The notes below the pieces were generated by a model. It was not told the origin of the DNA, ran no database searches, and saw only the letters and a program-made list of their open reading frames with translations. Shown piece after piece: positions 26,990 through 35,576 of a stretch of 64,000 bases of DNA. The stretch spans positions 25,289-89,288 of the forward strand of contig JBBRCZ010000013.1 of NCBI GenBank assembly GCA_038204425.1, given 5' to 3'. Each line of letters opens with the position of its first letter. Within the stretch, counting starts at the first letter, position 1. Origin of the DNA: Spirochaetia bacterium (GTDB lineage Bacteria; Spirochaetota; Spirochaetia; DSM-27196; Salinispiraceae). Both the position numbers and the translations under genes were made by a program.

Positions 26990-29085
26990 TAGCGTGGTGC
27001 CTTGTCGTTTGGACAGTCGCGACTGAGCTTTTCTAAGACAGTCTTGGCCTGAGCCGTTTGATTGTGCAGGTAGTGGTCTATGGCGCGCTCAAAATCTCGC
27101 CGCCCGCGTCTTTTTTGATGCCATAACTCGCGGCTATCACCATCAAAAAAGTCGTAGATCTTAAAAACCTCGTCCGAGCTATACATCGTAAATTCACCCA
27201 AAAATCTTTGCTGAAAGTCTTCGACGTTTTTGATATGTCTAAGAGTTTGCTCGCTTGCTATTATGTGGCCGCCAAGTGGCCGAGTAAGAGCTTGCATGCG
27301 ATTGGCAAGTCCAACTGCTTCGGAAATGATACTGCTTGCCAGATTGCTAAGCTCGCCAATGATGCCAAGCAGCATTGGCCCATGATGCAGCCCGATGCCT
27401 AGCTCGAGTGCTTCTCGGCCCAAGAGCTTTTGTTCTTGATTGATGGTGTCAAACTTGCGTATTAGTTCGATGGCGGCCTCTAACGCTTGACGAGCGTTGC
27501 CAGGAAAAAGCGCCATAAAACCGTCACCAGTAAACTTTTCTGTAAAGCCATGGTGTTTGCGTACAATTGGTCCACTGTACTCCATAAATCGGTTAATAAG
27601 GGTAAAGACAGCTTCGGGTGCCAGGTCTTTGCTAAAGCGAGAAAAATTCTTGATGTCGGCAATCAAAATAGTCCAACTTTGACTACTGTGATCTCCGAGG
27701 GAGATTTGACTTATGCTCTGGCGTTTGAGAAAGCGTCCAAAGTCTTTAGGGACAAAGCGCAACATAGCTGAGTTGACTTTTTGCAACTGTGCACTGAGTC
27801 GCTCGGCTTTGCTCGCCATCGCAAAATTGCTTTTGGAAATCAGCAAGGCTTGAAAAAAAACAAAAACTATCATGCCATATTTGGCCAAATAGGGGCTGGA
27901 GAGCGAGTAGTGGGGCTTAAGGATGTCATGAATAGTGCAGGCGACAACAATCAGCAGGCCAAAGAAAAATAGCCCAGCGTTCTCCTGTTTTTGGACCATA
28001 GAAACAATCAAAACAAGAATCATCACCAGACAAACGGCCAGGCTGTAAACTTGAAACCACACTAATAAAGCAGTATAGATCGCCGGTGGAAAGATGATGA
28101 TGATAACGCTATAAGCCAAACAAACGACCACATTGACGGCGTTAATCAAAGTATTGGTTTGATGCGGAAAAATGGTCAAAATAAAACGAACAAAGAGCAT
28201 AAGCAAGGCAGTGTAGCTTAAGTAGGAAATCCAAAAAACTGCCCAAGCCGGAAAATCTTTCCACAATATATTGATAAAGACATCGTCAGTTGCCAGGATA
28301 CGCAAAGCCAGAGACAGGCAAATAAGCCCAAACCAAAGTGGCGAACGATTGCTGGTTCTGAAGAAGAAAAGAAAAAAGTGATAAACAGCCATAATCGAAT
28401 AGATGCCAAACAGGAGAAAACAGACAGCAATGCTCAGGTGCCAGCGCGCATCCATTGTCTCACGTGAGCCAAGTTCCGGCGCGCCACTTAGACCGGTGGT
28501 TATGTCGTCAAAGTTAGATACGTTAAGCACGATAAAATTGCTACCAGCCTGTAAGTTGAGGGCAATCAGCTCGGTTTGCCAAGACATGCGGTGCTGACTT
28601 GGGTTCTTTCCGATGTGCCCAAACTTGGCAACAAGGATTCCATTGCAATATAGATCGCCGGCCGTACCAATTTGTGGCAGATAAAAAGACAGTTTGGGCA
28701 CATCTGCTGCAAGATCAAGACGCATGATATAAGTGCCATAACCGAAGACAGGATTATCAAGGCCACGCTCTGGATCAAACCAAACCATGCCAGGCTTAAG
28801 TGCGACAGCGGACTGCCTTACTTGTTCAAGATTCGCCGGGCTGAGCGCATCTGCTTCCATCCACTTTCCGCCGACAAAGGCCCAATCGCCGTCAAGTCTC
28901 ACAACTGATCCATAGGCTGCATGCCACTTGCTAAGGTCAACCACCCCAAGCTTGGTCCCCTCGTCGCCGCTAGTGCTTGTGCCAACAGTGCGGTTACTAG
29001 TGGCGGATGCTGGTTTGGGCAATGCCAAGAGTGCAGTAGAACTTAGAAAAAAAACGAGCAGTCCCAAACCGATACGTGAGCGCAT
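26968..29085 (-). CDS. 7TM-DISM membrane class III adenylate/guanylate cyclase
   Basis: Signal peptide, extracellular beta-sandwich (RLDGDWAF, GYGTY), 7 TM helices, ADIKNFS, KFTGDGFMALF and GIGLHHG. Start set at ATG 29085. Confidence 0.88.
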   Translation of the reverse strand: MRSRIGLGLLVFFLSSTALLALPKPASATSNRTVGTSTSGDEGTKLGVVDLSKWHAAYGSVVRLDGDWAFVGGKWMEADALSPANLEQVRQSAVALKPGMVWFDPERGLDNPVFGYGTYIMRLDLAADVPKLSFYLPQIGTAGDLYCNGILVAKFGHIGKNPSQHRMSWQTELIALNLQAGSNFIVLNVSNFDDITTGLSGAPELGSRETMDARWHLSIAVCFLLFGIYSIMAVYHFFLFFFRTSNRSPLWFGLICLSLALRILATDDVFINILWKDFPAWAVFWISYLSYTALLMLFVRFILTIFPHQTNTLINAVNVVVCLAYSVIIIIFPPAIYTALLVWFQVYSLAVCLVMILVLIVSMVQKQENAGLFFFGLLIVVACTIHDILKPHYSLSSPYLAKYGMIVFVFFQALLISKSNFAMASKAERLSAQLQKVNSAMLRFVPKDFGRFLKRQSISQISLGDHSSQSWTILIADIKNFSRFSKDLAPEAVFTLINRFMEYSGPIVRKHHGFTEKFTGDGFMALFPGNARQALEAAIELIRKFDTINQEQKLLGREALELGIGLHHGPMLLGIIGELSNLASSIISEAVGLANRMQALTRPLGGHIIASEQTLRHIKNVEDFQQRFLGEFTMYSSDEVFKIYDFFDGDSRELWHQKRRGRRDFERAIDHYLHNQTAQAKTVLEKLSRDCPNDKAPRYYLAKLK

Positions 29086-29087
29086 GT

Positions 29088-30245
29088 TTACCCCAGTCGT
29101 GATTGTAGTATGGAGCCAAGTTGCTCGGGTCCAATACCTTGGTCCTCTCCCAAGCACCAACCTTTGGCAGCGATGCGCGATACTACCTGATCAACCGCAC
29201 TTTGGTCGAGCTTATAGTCGCTCAGGCGAGTACCCAGTCCAAGAGATTCAAAAAATAAGACGGTTCGGCCAATTGCCTCATCCATCAGGACTTCTTCGTC
29301 GCCTTGGTCTAGGCCCCACACATTCTTTGCAAACATAAGTAGCTTGGCCGATTTTTGCTTTTTGCGCACACTGAGAACTCCAGGCAAGACCACTGCCAAG
29401 CTACGGGCATGATCGAGGCCATATAATGCAGTCAGTTCGTGCCCAATCGCATGAGTAGCCCAGTCTTGTTTGACGCCGACACCAATGATGCTGCTGAGCG
29501 CTACGGTACTGGCCCACATTAAGTTGGCTCGCAGCTGGTAGTCATGGGGTGCAGCAAAAACTCTGGGACCATAGTGGACGAGTGTCTTGAGAATGCCTTC
29601 AGCAAAACGGTCTTGAACTGGTGTGTTTTCGTCACTAGTCAAGTACTGCTCACAGACATGAACAAAAGTGTCTACAATACCGTTGGCGCTCTGGCGATCA
29701 GGCAAGCTGTAGCTTGTCTCAGGGTCAAGAATCGAGAAAACAGGGTAGAGTTTCTGACTAGAGAAGCCCAATTTGTCGGGGATTTCTGAGCGACTAATAA
29801 CGGCGTTGGTGTTCATCTCGCTTCCAGCGGCTGGCACGGTCAAGACGGTTGCGATTGGCAAGGCAGTTTGAATCAGACTTGCATCTTTGACCAAGTCCCA
29901 TGGGTCAAGATTTGGTTGGCTGACTGCAGCAGCTACCAGTTTGGCAGCATCTATTACGCTACCTCCACCCACAGCGAGTATAAAATCAACATTATTTTCT
30001 ATAAAGGCATCGCGTGCTTTGAGGCAGTCACGGTATTCTGGATTGGCGCCGATTCCGCCAAACTCGCAGACTATGCGCTGGCCAAGTGCATCAAGACACT
30101 GTTGATAGACCCCATTGGCTTTTATGCTTCCGCGGCCAAAGAGCAGACCAAGACGAACGTGCTGCGGAACCAAATTAGCGAGCTTTTTTATGCTACCCTT
30201 ACCAAAAATAACTTTTACGGGATTGTAATATTCAAAATCTAGCAT
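29088..30245 (-). CDS. iron-containing alcohol dehydrogenase (YqhD/BdhA-like)
   Basis: FEYYNPVKVIFGKG, AVGGGSVIDAAK, GSEMN and DWATHAIGHELTALYGLDHA motifs. Confidence 0.93.
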   Translation of the reverse strand: MLDFEYYNPVKVIFGKGSIKKLANLVPQHVRLGLLFGRGSIKANGVYQQCLDALGQRIVCEFGGIGANPEYRDCLKARDAFIENNVDFILAVGGGSVIDAAKLVAAAVSQPNLDPWDLVKDASLIQTALPIATVLTVPAAGSEMNTNAVISRSEIPDKLGFSSQKLYPVFSILDPETSYSLPDRQSANGIVDTFVHVCEQYLTSDENTPVQDRFAEGILKTLVHYGPRVFAAPHDYQLRANLMWASTVALSSIIGVGVKQDWATHAIGHELTALYGLDHARSLAVVLPGVLSVRKKQKSAKLLMFAKNVWGLDQGDEEVLMDEAIGRTVLFFESLGLGTRLSDYKLDQSAVDQVVSRIAAKGWCLGEDQGIGPEQLGSILQSRLG

Positions 30246-30263
30246 GATACTGTTGATTATATC

Positions 30264-31547
30264 ATGTCTTCCTCTGAGCGTTTTGTACTTGACAAATATT
30301 TGCGACCAAATCGAACTTTTTTTTACACCATAATGATATTTGTTATGGCTGGTCTCTTTGCAGGTTTGGCTTGGGACGTCCAACTTGGACTGCTTTCAAT
30401 CATAATTCTCGATCTTGTTGGACTGTTTCTTTTTTTGACCATTGTAGTTTTGTTGTTTCGCGGTAAGCTTGCCCCCAATATAGCCATGTTGATGGTATGG
30501 ATAACAGTGCTTCTGATGTTCTATTTGAGTTTTATTTTTTTAAACATAGCTGGTCCCAATAACGATCGAGTACTGATCGAAATGATTAAGAATATTTTTA
30601 TGACTGCAATTCTTGGATCGTTAGTAGGGCTTGTAGTCGATCGACGTGGGGCTTTGGTTTTTTTGGCAACTGGACTTGCGTTTATGCTTGCATGTTTGTT
30701 TTTTTTGCAGCAAAGCCGTACGGAGATTCCCAAACTCATTCTCTTGAGTTTGATTTTGTCTGGCACATTGCTGATCGTATTTTATTATCGCTATACACTT
30801 GAGGGACTTCTGCTCAATTTTGGTAAAACTATTGTTGAGACTGCTCGCTACAAAGACCGCGTAGAGGTTAACAATGAGCAAAACCGACCCTTCGTCTACT
30901 TTGGCCATAATTCAGTCGGACTTATTATTGATTTTCGCGAGGACGTAGGTCGATTGACAGGCCTAAACAAGAACCTAGATCGGGAGGCAGATGGCTTCAC
31001 CAATGCTGCCATTTTAAAAGAAATGTCGACCTATATTAAGTCACTCACTCATCGCATAGACTTGGTCACCTACCTGACTAGCTCCAACGCACAAAGGAAG
31101 GCTGAGGCGCTTGATTTTGGACTCTTGCTTGAAGCCGTAGTTTATCCTTTTTTAATCGACCCTGAGTATAGGTCTTGGCTTAGAATAGTCTATTCGATTA
31201 GGGCAAGACCCTTAAGCTGGGATACACGCTACGGGTGGATCCGGCTGTTTGAGTACATTTTTAGATCCGCAATCCAAAAAACAGCGGCCGCTAGCGATAG
31301 TCTAAGTGAATATCAAATCCGCTTGTACTTAATGCAAGAAGACCAAAACATAGAACTTGAGCTTCGAGAATCCCGACCAATTCTGCTTCCCGATGTAAAC
31401 AAAGGTGGCGACGAAGTAGAAACTTTTTTTGGGCCGCTGCGCAGTTTGCTTTCTGCGATGTCAGCCCGCTGTGAGCTTCTTTTGACAACAGACACAGGGT
31501 CTTGTGTTTTGCGTATAGCTGTGCCAGTTAAGGAACGACTATCATGA
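30264..31547 (+). CDS. membrane histidine-kinase-like pseudokinase (paralogue of the next gene)
   Basis: About 6 TM helices. FGHNSVGLIIDFRE aligns with FGKNAAGLVHDFRN and LLEAVVYPF..PEYRSW with LLEAVVYSF..PEYRHW. H, N and G boxes are lost. Confidence 0.8.
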   Translation: MSSSERFVLDKYLRPNRTFFYTIMIFVMAGLFAGLAWDVQLGLLSIIILDLVGLFLFLTIVVLLFRGKLAPNIAMLMVWITVLLMFYLSFIFLNIAGPNNDRVLIEMIKNIFMTAILGSLVGLVVDRRGALVFLATGLAFMLACLFFLQQSRTEIPKLILLSLILSGTLLIVFYYRYTLEGLLLNFGKTIVETARYKDRVEVNNEQNRPFVYFGHNSVGLIIDFREDVGRLTGLNKNLDREADGFTNAAILKEMSTYIKSLTHRIDLVTYLTSSNAQRKAEALDFGLLLEAVVYPFLIDPEYRSWLRIVYSIRARPLSWDTRYGWIRLFEYIFRSAIQKTAAASDSLSEYQIRLYLMQEDQNIELELRESRPILLPDVNKGGDEVETFFGPLRSLLSAMSARCELLLTTDTGSCVLRIAVPVKERLS

Positions 31548-32911
31548 TGCCAAAGCCCTTACGACGTGTGGCAGATCAAGACCAGCTCTTGCCCACAAAA
31601 CCCTGGCTCTTGCTCTACTTGAGCTTCCTTTTTGTAGCATTCTTCTTTGGTTTTGGCTCAGGTGAGTTTAGATCATCAATGGTCCTGGTGTCTAACAATG
31701 CCGTCAGCATAACTGCCTTTTTGCTATTAAGCTTCTTGGGTCTACGCGGTGAGATGAGCTCTTCTCACTCACTTTCATTGATCTTGCTTGAAGCAAGTCG
31801 CAATGTCCTATTTCAGTTTGTAGCTGTGATCTTCTTTTTTCCAGTTTCGCCGGACAATGAGTTTTTCTTTTACATGGTAATACTCATGCTCTCAATGTTT
31901 GGCATTATAATGGGCATCGCTGTATCGGCTTGGATGGGTCTTCTTATTGGTGTTTTGGGCATTCTGGTGCAAGTAACAGTAATCTTTTTTAGGCCTGATC
32001 TGCTAGATTTCCGTGGTGCATTTGTGCAAAACTCAATTTTTATTTGTGGACCAATTTTAGTGGTCTACTATTTCAGATCCTTTATTCAACGTGTTTTTAG
32101 TTTGCGCTCTAAATCACTAAAAAATATGCAAATACTAAAGGGCCGTGCTGAAGCATGGGAGCAGGAGAATAAGCCGTATCTCCTTTTTGGCAAAAATGCA
32201 GCGGGTTTGGTTCACGATTTTCGCAACTACGTTAACGTGCTTTCGATAAACGTGCAGACGCTTTCAATTGGTATCCAACGTGGTCGCAACCTAGACCCGC
32301 AGGCAGTTGGCGACATCGCTAGCAAGTTGTCAGAACTAGAGGAGCGAATCCGTCTCGTCAGTTTTTTAGCTGCAAGTACTAAACTGAGTGAAGAAAATGA
32401 GAAGCTGTCGATCTTGGATCTGCTTGAGGCAGTAGTATACTCGTTTAAAGTCGCTCCCGAGTATCGACATTGGGTTGGGTTCAGCACCGATGTAGAAAAG
32501 GGGCTTTACGCGTTTGCTCCGCGTCAAGTTTTGATGCGTATAGTTGAAAACCTTGTTCGCAATAGCTGCGAGGCAATAATTGCAGACCTACAAGGCGAGG
32601 ACCCCACACCGCCGATTAGTCCGCTGGGATCTATTAGTGTATCCGCTCGGCAACAGGACAACCGTGTTGTAATTGAAGTAAAAGATAACGGCCCCGGTGT
32701 AACCCAGTGTCATGATTGTGGTCATGAGCATGACTGTACCGATTGCAATTGTTTTGCTATTGGTAAGACGAGCAAAAAAAATGGTTCCGGCTTTGGTATG
32801 GTAAATGTGTTTCAAAACGTCCGGGCCTTGAGTGGCAAGGTTCTTTTGGAAACAGAACTAGAAAAAGGAACACGCATCATGGTTGCCTTGCCATGTTTGA
32901 TTAAGGAGTAA
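31544..32911 (+). CDS. membrane sensor histidine kinase with Cys/His-rich ATP lid
   Basis: About 6 TM helices, H-box VHDFRN, ENLVRNSCEA, DNGPG, CHDCGHEHDCTDCNC and GSGFGM. Confidence 0.88.
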   Translation: MMPKPLRRVADQDQLLPTKPWLLLYLSFLFVAFFFGFGSGEFRSSMVLVSNNAVSITAFLLLSFLGLRGEMSSSHSLSLILLEASRNVLFQFVAVIFFFPVSPDNEFFFYMVILMLSMFGIIMGIAVSAWMGLLIGVLGILVQVTVIFFRPDLLDFRGAFVQNSIFICGPILVVYYFRSFIQRVFSLRSKSLKNMQILKGRAEAWEQENKPYLLFGKNAAGLVHDFRNYVNVLSINVQTLSIGIQRGRNLDPQAVGDIASKLSELEERIRLVSFLAASTKLSEENEKLSILDLLEAVVYSFKVAPEYRHWVGFSTDVEKGLYAFAPRQVLMRIVENLVRNSCEAIIADLQGEDPTPPISPLGSISVSARQQDNRVVIEVKDNGPGVTQCHDCGHEHDCTDCNCFAIGKTSKKNGSGFGMVNVFQNVRALSGKVLLETELEKGTRIMVALPCLIKE

Positions 32912-32918
32912 GTGCACC

Positions 32919-33551
32919 ATGATTACGACATCACAGACAAAAAAGAAACTGCTTCTATCCGCACTTGGTATGCTTGCCCTTTGTTTGGCGCCCTACAGCC
33001 TGATAGCACAAGAGCACAAGGTTGAGAGCTACCGTGCCAACGGCGTCCACATAACTGAGGGCTGGATAAGCGCAGAAACCTGGAGTGATAAAGCTCGAAA
33101 GATCTTGGCTGACTATTCAAAGTATCGCCAGTGGGGACTTCGTTACATGGACGGCAAGGACCAGCATTCTGCCAAATTTTGGGCGCATTTTACCGATTTT
33201 GACTACAAATCTCCCGACTACATGCATGTTATTTTTGATCTTAAACTTGGCTTTCCCTTTGGTGCAAAAGACGCCAAAGCTATCTTTAAGATAGACCATC
33301 AAAGAGAGTCACAGGGGATCTTTAGATTCGTCTTAGAACGGCCTCCGATTGGTATCAATAATGCGCTCTTGGATTTACGGGTCAAAAAAGGATCACAAGG
33401 AAGAGCGGATCAGTTAGTCTTTAGGCTTGAGATCAAATTCTGGAGCGCGATAGAAGCGATGATGGACTTCAAAATTTTTGACAGAGATATGATTTGGCGT
33501 GTGCAACGTATGCAGGAGAACCTGCGCGACTACGTTGAAGGAAAACTGTGA
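32919..33551 (+). CDS. exported hypothetical protein (possible START/SRPBCC-like fold)
   Basis: Signal peptide. ARKILADYSKYRQW followed by alternating strands and a C-terminal amphipathic helix. Confidence 0.65.
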   Translation: MITTSQTKKKLLLSALGMLALCLAPYSLIAQEHKVESYRANGVHITEGWISAETWSDKARKILADYSKYRQWGLRYMDGKDQHSAKFWAHFTDFDYKSPDYMHVIFDLKLGFPFGAKDAKAIFKIDHQRESQGIFRFVLERPPIGINNALLDLRVKKGSQGRADQLVFRLEIKFWSAIEAMMDFKIFDRDMIWRVQRMQENLRDYVEGKL

Positions 33552-34519
33552 CATTCTTTGGCAGTGCCACCAAAGCAGCTTTGTTGCTGTTTTGTATAGC
33601 CTTAACGTGCCAATCCTGTGGCCCAGCCAAGTCAGACCAGGGCGAGCAAGCGCTCGCATCAGCAGCCAAGTACACCATGAGAGACGATCAAGGTCAAAGC
33701 TTTTCTTTTGACGTTTTTCCACACAGGATAGTTAGTCTTTGCCTTTTTGTGGATGAAATCCTGCTGGACTTGGTCGACAAGCAGAGCATTTTAAGTCTTA
33801 CAGCTTTGTCCTTGGACGCCAACATTTCCAACATTGCCGACTCATCGCGCGGCATAGAGCATCATCTTGGACTCAACGTTGAGGCTTTGTTGTTATACAA
33901 ACCAGACTTGATTCTTGTGGCTGAATGGAGCGAGAAGGACAAAGTAGACCAGTTGAGATTGCTTGGTTTGCCAGTTTTTAGCGTAAGTACTCCACGAAAT
34001 TTTGAAGAATTACGTCGCCTAATAGATCAACTTGCTCTATTGACCGGGGCGCACAAACGATCTGTACAAGTTAAAGCCGCAATAAAAACGCGTTTAGAGC
34101 GCATCCAGGCTAGCCTTAATCAACGTGGCCTAGCCAATACCGTAAGTGCAATGGACTACACACCTTGGTCAAGTGGATTTGGAAGAGGAAGCTCTTGGTC
34201 CGAGCTTCTAAACAAAGCCGGCATAAAAAATGCCTTACAGGCTTTTCCAGTCGATTCAATTGGGCAGGTAAGTCTTTCTAAAGAAATGCTCTTGCAGCTC
34301 GACCCTGACCTCTTGATTATTCCGGGCTGGGTTTATGGTGATGCCCAAGCTGCCAAGGTTTTTCTCGCCCAGATAGTAAATGATCCAAGTTTGGCGGGGC
34401 TTAAGGCGCTTAAGAACCAACGACTAATTCAGATGCCAGAACGCCTTAAATCAGCGGCCTCACAGTTTATGGTAGATGCTGTTGAGTTTCTCGTCGCTCA
34501 TGCCTATCCAGAAAACTAA
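33548..34519 (+). CDS. ABC substrate-binding lipoprotein, cobalamin/Fe-siderophore (BtuF-like) class
   Basis: Lipoprotein signal, PHRIVSL, NVEALLLYKPDLIL, EMLLQLDPDLLI and LKALKNQRL. Confidence 0.88.
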   Translation: MTFFGSATKAALLLFCIALTCQSCGPAKSDQGEQALASAAKYTMRDDQGQSFSFDVFPHRIVSLCLFVDEILLDLVDKQSILSLTALSLDANISNIADSSRGIEHHLGLNVEALLLYKPDLILVAEWSEKDKVDQLRLLGLPVFSVSTPRNFEELRRLIDQLALLTGAHKRSVQVKAAIKTRLERIQASLNQRGLANTVSAMDYTPWSSGFGRGSSWSELLNKAGIKNALQAFPVDSIGQVSLSKEMLLQLDPDLLIIPGWVYGDAQAAKVFLAQIVNDPSLAGLKALKNQRLIQMPERLKSAASQFMVDAVEFLVAHAYPEN

Positions 34520-34541
34520 GCGCTTGTTACAATAGAGCAGC

Positions 34542-35576
34542 ATGCGCTTTAGACTTCTTCTTTCTTTACTGATTATTATTTTGATAGGTCTGAGCATAGC
34601 CTCTTTAGTTTTGGGCACCTTTCCCTTAAGTCCAACAGACATAGTCAACGCCTTTCTCGTGCAAACTGGCCTCAATGACAGCACTTGGTTGCAAAACAAC
34701 GACCATATCAAAAACGCCGTCGCCATAATTTTTTACATTCGTCTGCCTCGGTTATTTGCCGCGCTTGGAGCAGGCTGGGCCTTGGCGCTTGCTGGGACGG
34801 TCATGCAGGGGCTGCTGAGAAATCCTCTGGCAGGACCTGAGATCTTGGGGGTATCTGCAGGTGCCAGTCTGGGAGCAGTCCTGGCAATCGCTTTGGGGAT
34901 GAGCGCTGTTTGGGAGGGATCCCTGGCCTCAATGGCAGTTATTGGCTCTCTAGTGACAGGATTTGCGATTTTTTCTGTCGGTGCCAAGGCGCAGCGCGGC
35001 AGTCTCTACACTATTATTTTAGCCGGCATGGCAATTTCCAGCCTTGTAAATGGAGCCGTTTCTGCGGTGCTGCTCTTTTCAAAAGAGTACGAAGTCAATC
35101 AGTTTGTGTTTTGGACTATGGGCGGCTTAGAGGGCAGGCAATGGTTTCATATTGTGTGGGCCTTTCCCTTAATTGCCTTGTCTAGTTTGGTCTTTTTTGC
35201 CTCAGCCAAAACCCTCAATCTCTTGCTGCTGGGCGAAGATCAGGCTCATGCCTCAGGACTATCGATTGCCACAAACAAGTTAGTGCTACTGAGCACCACG
35301 GCAATTTGCACGGCTATGGCTATTGTTTTGGCAGGGCCGATAGGGTTCATCGGCCTTTTGGTTCCGCACTTTTTTCGCATGATTGTTGGCTCCGATCACA
35401 AAAAACTTTTGCCACTAACCGCCTTAGGTGGCGCCGCTTTTTTGACCTTTGCGGACCTGATAGGCAGAACATTGTTTTCGCCTCTAGAGATTAAGGCGGG
35501 CATCATAACCGCAATGATTGGCAGTCCCTTCTTTTTAATCTTAGTTTTTAAAAACCGCGCCAGGTCGGGCCTTTGA
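34542..35576 (+). CDS. FecCD/BtuC-family ABC permease
   Basis: IRLPR, QGLLRNPLAGPEILGVSAGA, LGEDQAHASG and GPIGFIGLLVPH motifs. Confidence 0.93.
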   Translation: MRFRLLLSLLIIILIGLSIASLVLGTFPLSPTDIVNAFLVQTGLNDSTWLQNNDHIKNAVAIIFYIRLPRLFAALGAGWALALAGTVMQGLLRNPLAGPEILGVSAGASLGAVLAIALGMSAVWEGSLASMAVIGSLVTGFAIFSVGAKAQRGSLYTIILAGMAISSLVNGAVSAVLLFSKEYEVNQFVFWTMGGLEGRQWFHIVWAFPLIALSSLVFFASAKTLNLLLLGEDQAHASGLSIATNKLVLLSTTAICTAMAIVLAGPIGFIGLLVPHFFRMIVGSDHKKLLPLTALGGAAFLTFADLIGRTLFSPLEIKAGIITAMIGSPFFLILVFKNRARSGL

